A stretch of DNA of 64,000 nucleotides from Catajapyx aquilonaris (GCA_000934665.2 JYFJ02002325.1:1-64000); one strand, 5' to 3'; numbered from the stretch's first letter, positions 42,932 through 57,500 are shown. Translations and numbers: made by a program. The notes: generated from the letters alone by a model not told the origin.

Positions 42932-45900
42932 ATAGTGGAAGACCCTTTGGTATTCCCCCAAGTACGAAAGAAAGGCGCGTTATTAGGGAGGCTGCTTCTC
43001 CGGCTTATCCAGAAAAATACACAGGGGCTTCCAGGCATATTGTCAAATCCAACTACTTTTTTTCTGCCTCGTGGGAAGTTTGTCGCTTTCACTAAAAGCG
43101 AGCAAGGTCAGCAACTGTGCGCAAAATATTTTCGAGCGTCCTTTTTTTTGTGGCTTTAGCTTGCGTAGCTGGAGACACATGGCCTTAGTTTTGAAAAAGA
43201 AAAGCCACAGCAGCAGCACCAAGTGATTTATTGCTCCGATCTGAAACGGAGGCAAGTTTTCTCAAGCAATGCACGTCGTATTTTAATTTCAGCCTAAGAG
43301 CGAGGTATAACTCAGCAGAGATTGGGGGCGATGGCTCATGGCCAAAAGCCTCAGATATCTGTGTCCTGCTTCCTCAAAAAAAATCCTCCCCGCATGATCT
43401 TCTTATTCCTGTAAATCGACCTTTTTAAATATATTTTTGGTTGCTACCTCCCGCTAGCAACGGTTATTTATTTCAGGCCATGTTGTCCTGCGGTCAGCAT
43501 GTGCGTATATTCGGCCATGTTCTTTGCTTGCATGCAGTTATATGATTCATCTCGCTGGATGGTTGGCTCTCTCTATCTCTTTTCTCCTCGGGGGATCCGC
43601 GGGACTTTTGCTCGAATGAGTACGAGCGACAGCAGAAGAAGCCCGCTCCCTAATTTGCCCCTATCGCCATGTTTGCTGGGATTCATCCTTCCCGATCCCT
43701 TTGAATGATAGGGAGGGAGCGGCCTGAATATCAGATCAAAGGTCTCGTCACCTCTTTTTTTCAGGGTAATTAATTAACGAGGAACGCGATCCGCAGGCTC
43801 TCTTTGAAATCCGGCTAATTGCCCCCCAGAACATTTCTTCAGATAGGATCACAACGCATATAACGAAAGAGTTGTGCACCAGAACGCGGTGAAACGTAAC
43901 ATACCTCAAAAAAAATTATCAAAATAAGAAAAAAACATTTATTAAGTAATATTTGGTGATGGCAACCAACCCTGCCGTGCTTGTCTGTTGGCACGAGCAG
44001 CAACAAGTTGAAGGCGCTTCATGGCGGCCAACATTTCTTCTGACTGCACTTTGCCTCTGATGTATACAAATGACCCCCTGATGAAATAAGCCGCACGATG
44101 CAACCGAACTCACGCCTCGTGAGATCTGATTTGTCACTTCGGACGTTGGTTTATTAGAAGTTTCCCGCAGATGGACCCGGGGATTTATTTGCTCCAGAAA
44201 TATTATGAATTATACTATTCACTTAGGAATGGGCGCCAACTGCTCTACCAAATTGGATTTCGTTGTTAGAATTACGGTATATAAGATTTTAAAGACCTCT
44301 ACATGCTGTACCGGTACGTGCTGTACATAGCAAGACTCATTCCCTGGAGAGGCATCCGTCGAGTCGTGTCTATAGCTGAATGACCCTTACTTATATACGG
44401 TCAGACTCGCCTTTATTTGTACAACCTTTTCCACTCCTCCAGGCCTGTCTCAAAAGTAGTGAGGATTGACGTCGCGAGACGTCAGCCAATAGACAAGGCT
44501 AACTGGTCGCCATGCAATCGCCGGAGATATTTCCGGTGCATGCCCGCGCCAAAATCCTATACTTTCGTTTCTCACTACACGTGACGACATAGCTTTTCAA
44601 AGGAAATCGATGTCGCTCAAATCTGAAAATCTAGGTGACAACGTGTCCTCTTTCACTTTAACATGCAATTTGAATAGTGACCTTCTGACTGCCTCATGAC
44701 TCCTGCCTGATACCAGTTGTCAAAAGAAATGTCATCGGCATAATATTGATGTTCAGTAATAACGTTATTAAAATAGTCTACCTGATATGAGGTGAAAGCT
44801 TTGCCCACCTCGGACAATGAGAGTTACGAATTAATGATACTAATCTGATTAACAATTTAGGACCCATTCACTTACTCTATTTCCATTAATAGTGCTAGAA
44901 CACACACCAATGGTTGTGGGTGTAACTATTGGTTTTGTTTGAACTGGTTATAATAACAAATCCATAACTCCAACTATTATTAAAGGTGCCTGATGGGCAA
45001 CATTTCAATTATGTGTAACGCGTCACTGTATTATTTGTATTTTTACTAGTCGCGTACGACCACCATTTCGGCTGATCATCCCATAAAATGTGCCTTTCCC
45101 CTATAGCTACAAGAAGACCAACAAAAAACACAACTTATTGATACCCGATGGTAACACAAAAAACTGAAATAAACTCCCAATCGAATAGGTTGCAAATGCA
45201 TGCAGGCAAAACGGCCACAGGACCATCGAGAGGGAATATTTCTGCAGGAGTGGTCCCACCTACCCCCTCTTCTGCACCCTGGTCACGACCAAGGGACTGA
45301 GGTACAAGTGAAGCGGAGAGAAAAAGAGAGAAGGTGGGTTTTGGCTGGGGGAAGGGAGGTGTTCGGCGTGCATGAGCACGAGCAGCAGATAGAGCTCCTT
45401 GCTGTTTCTAGGCACGCGAGATTAAAAATAGAGAAAGCGGGGAATCCCTGCGGTTGGCTGGAGCGAATCAAGAGCCCCGAGGTCGGACTCCAACTCGGCA
45501 TTCCTACCACCGCTGGCCAGGAAGCAGCAGCATCCTGGAGGCCCTTTTTGCCTTCTTCCGGATGGAGAAAAAGGAAAAAGAGCTGGATGGGGCTGGCTGG
45601 CTGCTCCCTGGAGTCTCCATCGGCCACCGCTCCTTCCCTTTCCTTCTGAATATCAACAAGTCTCCCTCCTGCTTCTAGCCAGCCAGCAAAAGAGGCGCAA
45701 TTTCCACTTGTGCCCAGAGAAAGGAAGGAGCTTGCTCCCCAACGACAAGGGAATTCTCTTTCCTCCTTACAACAGAAAAAGGAGCAGAGGGGGTGATGGA
45801 AGAAGAAGAAGAAAAAAGGTGGAAGCACCAACTCTATCTCTCTCTTGCGCTGGTTATTTTATCTCACTTCTGCACCCAAGAACAAAACGCCTTGGATTAA

Positions 45901-48546
45901 ACATTTTTTCCCCCTTTCCATCCTCCTCCCCTCTCTTACTCCCCCTCCTTGCCATCTCTCCTTTTGTGGATATGTAAAGCAAAAGCAAAGTCTGACTGCG
46001 TGACGAGAATTCCGACATCACGCATAAAAATCCTTCCGTTTCGCCAACTTGCAGTCTTGAAGTTTTTTCCCCTCTGACAAAGGTTGGCTAGGGTTCCTTT
46101 GTGTGAACTTGATAATTTTTAATATTCCTTGACAATTCGTGGCTACTTTGCATCTTCAAAAGTTGAGCCTTTTAAGTCATTTCAGGATTAAGGCTATGTA
46201 TATCCACACACCGATGGACCTGTGGAAGAGATAGAGTTGTTTTGCCAGCCTGTTTTGTGAGAGCAACAAGAGCTCTCTGCTGGCGGGGGTAGCACTTGTT
46301 GTGCGGTGGTGCCGCGGTGGTGCTGGCATGGCTGGGCTGTCCGGGGATGGCGACACGAAATGTGCGGAACGAGACAGGAGATAAAACGCGTCGGAGAGAT
46401 TCTCACTCATCATTCCTGAATAACAATCCGATGAAAAATGGGTCGCAGATCGATAGGGTCGACGAGAGAGAAGCTTGTGCAAATGGGACAAAGATTGCAA
46501 ATGGGAGGGAATGGAGAATGAGAGGCAAACAAAAAGGTCTTACCCCAGCAGTCGCAATGGCGCTGGTTCCACCCCCCTCCGGCGGATGAAACTACGAGTG
46601 TGTGCTTTCTCCGGTTGAAGTAAGCCGCCGTCGAGTCGTTTCGCGCTGATCTGATGTCAGAGCAACCTTGATCTATCCGGCTATACCTGCACGCTTCTCC
46701 ATCCAGGCAGGGGCAAGGGTTAGAGAGACGGTGGAAGGGTGGGGGGGGGGCTGCTTCTGCACGGCCCATTTGATGTCAAAATGGAGTCCGTATTTCATGA
46801 GGACAGGCCTCGCTTCACATCCAAGGCAAACAAGTAGATCCATTTCCTCAGCATATTGTTTCTTGAATTTCTTCACCGTTTTAGCCTCTAGGAATGATCC
46901 GTGCTGTGCAAGCATGTTTTTTTTAGAGAGGCTGGTTGAGCTGGATGTAAGACGTGTAAGTGTAGCATTGCGGAATGAGATGGCGAGAAGGCAGTGGAGG
47001 GGCCACTTGGGCTCTAATTTCGGGGCTGCAGAGTTTGGCAAGTGCGCCGTTTTAGTCCTTTTGCTTCCAGCAGAAGCAGAAGCAGCAGGGGGGCTCCTCC
47101 TTTTCTCAGTGAGCACTAAATGTTGGAAGGGCTGGAGGCGGAGCAGAGATGTATGGCCCCAGTGCAGGGAACACGGCCGACTGGATATTGCTGTATATTG
47201 CGTCCTTATATCACCCTCTACCGAGGGAATCTCTCTTCCCGATGTCTCTGCTGGCCGCACAAAGCACAGGCCTGCTTCTGCTTCTATTGCTACTAGCTGG
47301 CTTGCTCTTTCTCAAGAGACAAACATGGCCTACTTCTGCCCCTAAACCCCCCTAAACTTCTTCTGGAAGGACCTCGCTGCAACTTGTCATCCATTTTTAT
47401 TGCTTCTAGTGAACAATATTCAACTTAACTGTCGACCTACTTTGCAACTGTAAATCTCAAATTAAGTCGCATTATCTTGTTGCTACAGGCCGGAAGGTAT
47501 ACTCTTGCGGTATGTGCTTCTTAACGGGAATGGTCATATCATTACGGTTTATGGGGCAGTCAACTTGAAACTTTTTTTCAGCCGCATGCAGCAATGTAAT
47601 GCCCTTTTGGCTCCGAAAATGATGGGAGTCGTAGAAGAAGACGGAGAATACAAACGTATTGTGAGTAGTATATCAAAATAAGCCATTTCGCCGGCCCCGC
47701 CGTCATTTATCAACATAACTTTTCTATGATTGCCGCTCTGGTTGTTTAGCGACACTCTGACCGCCGACGAGTTATGACGAAAAAGTAGTTGAAACTGCAA
47801 CTTTGTGATGTCAAAGTTCACAGTTTGGGAGCATTTCTGGGACCACCTCCCGTGAAATCTGGCCTGGGAGGAGGGGAAAAAATCCACACGTTGGCGAGGC
47901 TTCCAGTGCAGAACACAGGGAGCAGTAATCGTATCAATAAATTTCTGACTGTAACGTCCGTGACGAGGGAATTGCCCATGTTCCGGCAGTTAAGGGCGGG
48001 CCTGTACCTCCACTTTTAGTGCCGCGCCTTTTTTTTTAAACATGTCGAGGAAGAGAGGGTGGAAAAAGAGGGAGGACCGAAAAAAAGAAGAGGCTGCAGA
48101 GTCTCTTTGAAGATTGTAGTCTTCCTTTGAAAGCCTTGTGGGTGAAATTTTGCGTGGAATGTGGACGGGGCTTTAGGGGTAGAAAGTAAATAGAGCGGTT
48201 GAGAGAGCAAGGGAAAGCTCTTCTTGCAGTCTTCTGAAGCCATTCCTCACATGTAGAGGGAGCCAGAAGAATAAACAAGTGGTCCCTGATGAAATTGGGA
48301 GTCATGGTGTTCGATTCCTCGCCCCCCTCGCTACCCTCCCCTCGTTACAATAACTTCTCCCACCCACCCACCCAACTTCTGGGATGGAATCTGTAACTTG
48401 CGCGCCTTCACCTATAGTAAGCCGGCTACATTAATTGCATCTGAAATCAGATTATAACTCCTTTGTTCCCCCTTTATTGTGTCTATTTGCTGGCGCCGTT
48501 CCAAGGAGCCAACTAGCGTGTTGTGCAATCAATAGTAGCTCCAGGG

Positions 48547-48594
48547 GGAAGGAAGGAAGGAAGGAAGGAAGGAAGGAAGGAAGGAAGGAAGGAA
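48547..48594. repeat. (GGAA)12 microsatellite
   Basis: Directly visible. Confidence 0.95.
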
Positions 48595-51500
48595 GAGGAG
48601 GAGGAAACCCTGGGAAGTGGAGGAAGGGACAGGACGGGGGATGAGCAAGGTAAGGGAAAACTTGTTTCCGCAACGGCCTGTACACAACACCCAGGTGTGG
48701 TCAACAGCCCCTCCAGTTCATTCCAGAAACCAAGATGAATGTGCTCACTGTAAACACCGGAACCTGCAGCGGTCACAGATTTAGCGCCACATGGGCTAAT
48801 TAATCTCGGTATATACTCTGCGGGTTATGCAGGGTTTACTTATGAATAAAACCCCTTGCAGAGGGTGGGCTTGTAGTGCTTTCTGCGCCCATATTTTGTG
48901 CAATGCGTTTTGCAGTTAAATAATATTGCGCATGCACCTTTTATTGCATCTGCATTGGCTCGCTTTATCATTTTATTGCTTGTATCGTACTGCAGATTCG
49001 TAACGTATGGTCGGATTGAAGCAGTTGTTACCGTTTGAAGGCCATGAAATTATTTTTGCTTTGGCTTATTAGCATGTGAGGCAACTATAAAGCTCCGCAA
49101 AAATAATTGACATAATTATTGCCAGAAAATATTGACCGAATATAAAATTCAATCCCGATGAGGTGTAATTATGAGCTAGTAGTAAAGAGCAAGCCTTAAA
49201 ACGCACCGAATAATAAAGTAATGAACCCTTGCGAAAACACGCCCCTCCTGCCAGACATTGTCGCACGATGATATGACTCATTTATACTGTATTTAGCACT
49301 GTATCATGAGTGATACATGAGGCTCCCTGGCTATTTGCGCTATTGCTACTGCAACATTCAGGACGTACACGCTGTCGAATTTAGGTTATAAATTAATGAG
49401 GAGTACTCAAATAACTAGCAGCACGGTAGGTTGGGTAGGCAGCACTAGAGTTGGGGAGATAAGTGAAGTGGAGAGTGAATGTAATGTGAGACACGGCAGT
49501 GTGAGGACAAATTAGAATGGCGCGAGGAAAAGGAGGAAAAGGTTTTCAGCTTGGATTCAGTGGGAATAAGAGGGCCCGAGCTAACTGGGCTTCATCTTAG
49601 GAGGGTGCGGAGGAGACGTGACTTGAAATCCGGATTTGCTTTTTGACTGGGGAGCAGCAGGCGACAGGGTTCCCTTAGAGGGCGGCTCCGGATAGAGCCA
49701 AAGGCTGAAACTGCGAATTATTCTTGTCTGCTTTTGGCCAGCTAATGAAACGTGGCTGCTTGGCTCCCCCCAAGGCGCCACTCACCCCTTCTTTTTTCCT
49801 TTTCCTTCCTGCTCTACAATTCCTGCTTTTTTTTACACACTCCCGCCGCTTGCCCATTCTCATCGATCCCAAGAGTTTTTGACGCCTACTCTATCTTGTC
49901 TACGCCATCGCACTCTCTGCAGGCCCATATTTTAAGCCCCCTCAAGCTGCTTGATAAGCTCTCTGAGGAGAAGAAGAGCAGCCGCCAACCGATTTCTCAG
50001 CTCCCTCAGGACTTCTACTGCTTCCATGGCCCGCACACGTTACCGGAGCAACCTCCCTTTAGTCCCGAACTAAGTGCCACGGAAACAACCCAATTTGGGC
50101 TTGGCCCACCCTCCCGGGCTTCTGCTGCTGCTACTGCACCACCGGCAGTTGCTTGCTGCATGCGCCGTCGTTCCCTGAAGGTGTCAACAGCATACTCTAT
50201 TTTGTCATCCCCGTGTCCCCTGGAATGCCGGCCGTTATTTATGCGCACTGGAGACTTTTAGGACTCATGAGCATCCCTCGTAAATTTGCGCGTGAGCACT
50301 GATTAGTTGTACGTCCACATTTTATGAGAACTGCCCCTTTTCATCATAAATCAGGTGGGGGCGTGGGGAAAAGCCACCGTCTGTAGGGGGGAAACGGACA
50401 GCATGCGATGCTTTACTGCGGTATAAGAAATTTTCATGAATAAATGCTATTGTGACATCGGGTGTGTAAATAAAGTGCTATCGCACAAACCGCACAGCTG
50501 CGGAAACACGCGACGTGTATAGTGCAGAGGGGAAAACTACAGCACAATTTTTACTCCGGTTTTACGTGATCATATATTTTTATATTTTATTAATAACTTT
50601 GACACCCTTCACATTTTGCACTTTAACTTATGATGTAATCCAGCAACACGAGGAGCGTACTGTAAAAAAAATTGCCAACTTTTGACGCAATCGGAAGTCA
50701 AGGTGTGCTGAAATCCCCAAGGCAATCGGTATTATGTCGCAAGAATTAATGCTGGGCGTCAAAGAGTCCGAGCATGTAGTTTCGTGGCCGAGTTGACATG
50801 TGCGTGTCGAAACACCTGCAACAAAAAAAAACCCGTGTGGGGTCAAGTGGCCAGTGTGTTGGTGTTCCAGTCGCGTGAGTTCAACAAGTGCGGTCAGTGA
50901 TTGTAAGGCAAGAGTGCAGCTGGTGTGCAGTTTCAACAGGTTTAATGATTGGGCGGATCGGCGCTTTTCGTGAGGGGAAAGCCTCCGATTGGATCCAGCG
51001 TGAATTGGGCCTAAAGTCCGTGCGATGGACATGCAGCAGCCAGAGGGGGGAGTTGAAACAAGCGAGCCTACGTGTTGTGCCGGATTGGGACTGACAGAAA
51101 TCCCGGGATTAGTTTGATTAATTGCGGTTAATAACCGTTGTTTGCGGGAGACAGATCCGATAGGAACTGGGGGTCTCTCCCTCCCCCCCCCTTCCGCAAT
51201 TGGGTAAAGCCAATTTGGGGGGCAAGAAGACGCAGGTTGCTGGTTGGCTGGGTGCTAGACTGCTGATAGCTGGAGAGCCTCCTAAGGTTCTCTAATGAAC
51301 GAATGTCGTGTTGGGAAAAGGAAGAAAAATTCCCTTCGGCGCGATTGCAGCGGGAACAGCCTTTGATTACAGCGTACAAGTTAAGATGTCTGTTGCGCTG
51401 TCCCGCTCCTTTGTTTTTTTCCGCTCCGCATCCTACTTTGGATGTTCATTAGCAAAGGTTTCGGGTTAGCGCTGCGCTTAATCTTATTAAAGGGAGAAGG

Positions 51501-54445
51501 AGGAGAGGGGGGACGGCGGCTTAAGAAGGAAATTAATCCCCTTTCAGAGAAGGTTGCAGCTGCAGTTTGCATCCCTAAAGTTTGGAAAGAAACAAGATGT
51601 TTTCTGTTTTACTCGCTTGCCACCAAACTTGGCGGCAAACTTCCCCAAGTTTATTTATCGCCATAATCCAGATTGCACTCCAAAGATTATTTCGGTACGA
51701 TAACAATGCTTATAAAACATGAAAAGGGTTTTGCGTCTGGTGGTTAGCAAGGCAGGATTGTAATCTCGAGTCGTTAGGTTTCCTTTTCATGCCTGATTAT
51801 TGGCAATAATGTCTGGTCCCTTTTACATAATTATAATTTGCATTGAGAAGTGGTTTCAAAGAGCAACTAATTGCTACACTTTATGTTATCAGCTGCTATA
51901 TAACGTGTATTCAGAATTCTATTTTGGTGGAAATTTAGCAGTAGCTTACTCCTCTTTTGGTGTATGAAGGAGCATACTTGAAGGTGAAACACACGGTATA
52001 GAACAGCTGTAATTTTCCACCTGCAAGTCGACAGCCTTACTGTATATGATGTGAGGGGAACAAACTTCATGTATTGAATATGCACCACATGTTACACCAT
52101 CCAAGCACCATCTAATTAAAAGGATGTCTCATTTTAAGCGCATACTAAAATATGTTGTAATTAAAATTGTTGTAACCCAAAGTAGCGAGTATAGTCCGCA
52201 ACATGTTGGTTTCCATAAGAAAAACTAAAATTGCGCTTCCCTAAAAAAAATCCGCAGGAAATATGACTGGGAAAGAAAAACATGACGTGTGTCAGAGTGG
52301 GCCAATTCCTCCTGACGCAAAATGTGCAGACATTCTGGCAAGAAGCAGGTTGCGGATGAGGACAGAAGCGATCCATTTAGAGAAGGGATTTGCGTAAAAG
52401 CCACGCAGCACAGAGTTTAGGCGACATCTGGCGCCACACTGGAAACTACACAAGTCTATGTAATCAGACATGTTGGGAGGGTGGATGGGAGAGTGTGAGG
52501 GTGCCGCATAATAATATAAAAAAAGAGGCGGTTGGGTGGTAAAAGGGAGCAAGTTGCTCCTTGGCGAGGAATATTCGGTGCGGTTACGTTTCGGGAGTGG
52601 GTCCAACTCTGTCCCTTTTTGCCTAATGCTTATTCGCCCCCGAATGGCGGCATCTGCTGTGAGGTTTCAACTTGCACTAGTTCGGCGTCGAATATGAGCT
52701 CGAGTGGGAAAGTCGTTCACAGCCTGATACGAGTCTCTGGAATGAGCTGCGGAATTTTGCCATTTGGCCCCCCCTTTGCCCGCACAAACTTTTTGTGTAC
52801 TACGCATATTCTCGCACACGGAGGCCAAGTGCATTTCTGTGGGTGAGTGCTGGTTATAGTCTGCTTTGCCTCTGCCCTTGATGAAGGCGGGAACAAGATA
52901 GCGCCAATCAGGCGTAAACAACTTTACGGAGTCTGCTGCTGGGCTTACTTCCACAACCTAGATACTGCCGGAGATAATTGCAACATTGGAGGGGCGCAAT
53001 CATTACTACTAGCCGGCAACAAGCCCTGGAGAGAGAAACTGCAACAATTTACTTGTTCATGAACTTCTCATTTTACTCACACTCGTATAGCAGGGGGGTC
53101 ATTACCTATCACGTAAAAAAACACCAACATACACATGTCAAGTCGTACACTAACTATTTTCCGATAGGTTTTTATAACAGAGAGGCTAGTGGTCGACAGA
53201 AAAATCTGTCCACTTGTTCAAGGCAAACATGTAGTTAGAAGCCTGCAAAGTTTGACAGCAACAACAAGCATTACGAATGTTTTTTTTAAGTTCCTGCCCC
53301 TCCTCCTCTTTCCTCCCCTTAATGTATCGATTGGTCGGGGAGAAAAGGGAGGAGTTGCGTGCCTTTTGCCGACAATCGCGTTTCTGTGCCTCCGTTTGAA
53401 GGAGATAAAGCCGGCGCCCAGACCTGTTTGACTGTTTGACGTTGCGTAGATTGGGTTTTGCGAGAGGTTGGCGTGGTTGGGCTTGGGGTGTAGAGACCTG
53501 TTGATACCCCCCCCCTCCCATCTCTTCCACCCACCCACTTTTCCTCCTCCTCCCCTTTTACCACCCAGCCCAGCCCAATTTTCTCCCGGCATTGCGGGGA
53601 CATCTTCCAATCAATATTGTGCTCGGAGCAGAGCTCATAAATAATGGGTCAGGAAGGAGAGGCGAAGGGCTTTATTGCCCGCGTGCGATGCATACAGTCA
53701 TGAAGGATATCCCGCAAAACCCCCCCTGCTGCCCTCCCATCTCCCTGCCCTCTGCCCGCCCCCACCTCCCAGTAACTTGGCCTATATAGTGGTAAAGCTC
53801 CCATGAAATCGGGTGGAAAGAGGAAGAAATAGAGCGCGAGGTCAAGTCGGATTGCTCTCCAGCGGGCAGCCGGAGAGAGGCGGAGGTCACGTGCACAATT
53901 CGGTTATCCGGGGCGGAGGGGCACACAACTAACGCCAGCCAAAGTATGCCCGAGACTGAATAACTGAGAATTACGCGCGAGAGTCCAGGCGCCAACAAAT
54001 AAAACGGCGGGTGCTGGGGCAGGGGAGGTAGGGGTTTGTGTTGGCATTTCGGCGGCAAAGCGATCCATAGTGACACGGAAAGTTAATATGGGGCTATTGT
54101 GCAAAATTGGGCCGCATTTGACACATCGGAGCCGCTCGGCTGATCCGCATTCACGCGATCCCAACTCCCATTGTGATTTTCAGCATCAACCATATTCTTT
54201 CCCCTCGTGGCTCATTACGTGCACGTGTTCCGCCAAACACGAACCTTGTATCGATGCGTGTCCAGCATCACTCTGCACTGTCCCTCCAACCACCGCGCAC
54301 TACCCCACTCTTTGATCGCTCGCGGGGACCAACCGAGAAAAGAATGCAATCACGTGACCCTCCCCGTTCACATACGACCAACAAAGGAAAATGCTAATGA
54401 CCATCCCCATTTTAATTACGGCTCCAATTTTATCTTTGACTAGTC

Positions 54446-54596
54446 TTCATCCTGGAAGTCCGCTAACCTATGCGCCTCTGTTCGCTAACCGGTCGCCGCA
54501 TTCTCAGGGGCAAAAATAACGCAGGCGTTTGCCCCTGAGAATGCGCCGACCGGTTAACGAACAGAGGCGCATAGGTTAGCGGACTTCCAGGATGAA
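54446..54596. mobile_element. 151-bp near-perfect palindrome; probable foldback/MITE-type element
   Basis: Arms 54446-54514 and 54528-54596 (69 bp each) are reverse complements at 67/69 positions around a 13-nt spacer. TA dinucleotides sit symmetrically 3 nt outside each arm (54441-54442, 54600-54601). The palindrome is certain; mobile origin is inferred. Confidence 0.75.
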
Positions 54597-57500
54597 CCGT
54601 ACGTAATACTACTGGCACTTAACCATCCTGGAGCATGAGGATTGAATTAGACCCGTTACTCAGAGAAATGAAGTGATGGCAAGTGGTGTGAAGAGAGGTG
54701 GAGCAGTGATCCATAGATGCATTCGCAATGTTGAAGTAGAAGGGGCTGAGAAAAGAGCGCTTCCCGGTTGGGCCGCTTCTTGAAGAGCCCTTCTAGGATC
54801 CTTTCTCCCCCCCCCCCCCATCTCCCTCCTTCTGGATCTGGGAAGCCCCTTCAGCAGAGGGCCGCATACGAGCAAGGGCCAGCATGCTCCGCTTTTACTT
54901 CTATTCGTCCTCAGCACTGAAGTCCATCGAACCGGGCGATGGAAATAATGGACTCCCTCCAAGCGCACTCTTGGGCAGACCACTTGCTTGATGGAGGATG
55001 GGAGGGATAAGGGTTAAGACTGTGCCATCCTGCACAAATGAGGTGCTAATTCCCTCAGGCTATGATATTCCAATCCCCCCATTTCGTATCTCGACCCACC
55101 CTTGCAGTGTGATCATCCGCACAAGAAGCCGGCCCCCAGTCCTGGCCTCCCTCTGGGTTCCCAATTAGTCATCTATTAGTAACGAGACGGCTGGTCTCCA
55201 TTGCAGAAACGCAGTTTGCGGAGGAAAGGCTCTCGACAAGTCCCATATTCTCAGGAGGGAAGGAGGAGAGGGGAAAGGGAGAATGCAATTGATTTGTTTT
55301 CGTTCTAATTAAGCAGGCCTACGGAGCGTGAAATTCGAGCGAGTTTGGGGGCCTCGTGTTTTCCGCGCCCAAGTTAGTTGCACACCGGCATATATATGTA
55401 GAGAGAGAGAGAGAGAACGGCATCTACTGTCTTCTCCAGAGTTTGCTTGAATTAAACATTTATCGCTGCTGATACCGAGCTGGGGAAAGACGCCCCCCAT
55501 TTCTTCCCAGGCGCCCTTAACTCAAGGGCAGGATTCCTACCTCGCGTCTGGATTAGCAGCAAGACATGGCTGGTGCGAGGGATCCGAAGCCTCGCCCACG
55601 GTTGTTGATAACCTACTCGTCTCACCCCCGCCAACAACCAATTACTTGTAGCAGTTAAGCTCCGGGCTTCCTCCAGGTCATTTTCAGCCAATTTCCTCCA
55701 GAGCAATGTTTCTTGCCCCTGACGTGACCTAATACAACCTAATGTGATCCTCCAGACGGACCTTAAAACATTAACAAAAGTTGCCGTCAAATTCCCATGT
55801 CGGCTAATTGAAGTGAGAACGGTCACGCTATACGGAATGGAGTTGCGGATCATGCTGAGACTGATTGCCGTGTTAATGCAGGTGATAGTGCGATAATTGG
55901 GTTTATTAGCTGTTCGAAAGTTACGACACCATTATTAGATACAGTAAACTAAATGGTGCATGTAATCCTTTATCAATAAAAATATTAATGTAAATTTTGA
56001 AAAATGCTTGAAATGTAATCATCATAAGTTATTTAAAAATCTGACTAAAACACTAAGAGCGCACTGCCGACTACTTTTTTTACTCGCATTCTTTTTTTGC
56101 TCTCAGTTATCCCGTCAATGTTAATTTCAGTGGATTGCTTGTAGGACTGCACAGTTGGCTGACTATTTTCCCCCAGCGGATCACAGAATGGATGGACCTC
56201 GTGACCTTTCAGAGGACGCAGTATGAAAAGCTTTGGGAGTCGGTGGCCTAGCGACGGAGAAGGCAGTAATCCAGTAGTGTCCCCCACTCTTCCCACAGAA
56301 CCCAGAGATCCGTCGGAATAATGAATCACACATGCAGACAGAGAGCTCAATGCGCGCGCAATTTCCATCAATTGACGTCAGCGGAAAATGAAAACAGAGG
56401 ATTTACAAATCGGATCGCCGGCGTGAACTATTACGCGCCGGTTGGGCCAATCGAGTATTTCATTACACAAGCCGATTGTAGCTGCCGCCTGCAACGCAAC
56501 AACAACTGCAAAAAAAAAAAATCGCTCGAACTGGAAAATGGAACAAAAATAAAGAGGACATCCGAATCGGGAATTGTGACAAGTGTTGGTTTTCGCATGA
56601 ATTTTGCGCGTGAAATTGATTAATGTAGCTAAACAATTCCAACTGCACCGGACTAATAAGTAAAAAGGGTTGGTTGGTCACCAACAGCGCAGTTGTGATG
56701 TGATTTTTAGGGGGGGGGGGGCGGCGGGTGGGTGAGTAGGTGGTGGATGGAGGGTGAGAAGCGGAGGTGCTAATTGGGGCTGCCATTCTCTGCATTCCAT
56801 GCCCACGGTGATAATTATTAGCGCGGATGTACTGTGTATCAGCATGTTGAAAGAGTTGAAATGTCACAAAGTATTTCATTACATGAGGTATTTTATGTCG
56901 CGCAGGTTCTGCTTGTTTTGAGTTTCATTTTATATAGCGAGAGTTAAGCATTTTTTACGTTATCAAGATTAGTTATGCTCTCCAGAGTGGCAGGATTTGA
57001 AAAAATAACTTAACCATATTGAGTATCAATATTCATTAGAACGCACTAACACTATATTTTATAGCTTGTTGATAGAAACAGTTCGAAAGTTTGAGTCATA
57101 AAACTTCTATATTGATTACGTAATATTTTCGTACTTTGCATTTAATATCCGACAGTAGAGAAGGTTCAATGTTTACTGTAAAAAATTAAAGTCATAAATA
57201 CATCTGTAACGTTACTTTTAAATGGACGTCCTGTTCGTATAACTATTATTGGAAAGGATCGAACTTGCCCAGACATTTCCAGGGTCACGAGACGCTCCCA
57301 AAACTATTGCATAATCCTTGTTGTGGATCAACAGATCGACGTTTATAAATGATTTTGCTTCAACTGTGGCGTTTCTGGGTACGTGTCACACTGAGGCTGC
57401 GGTTCTAAACCGTTTACCAAGCTGCCCACCCAGGCTGAGCAAATTGCCACATGGCCCACCTACCCGTGAAATTGTTAAAATTGAGCCATATTTTCTTGTA

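Noticed and set aside
42664..43159. ORFs with poly-Ala/Lys/Phe/Arg runs
   Set aside because: These are translations of (CGG)n and (AAG)n microsatellites.
46668..47345. Overlapping 225-aa (+) and 195-aa (-) ORFs
   Set aside because: Both have non-ATG starts, cross a G homopolymer and show no domain or convincing splice boundaries; consistent with chance in GC-richer DNA.
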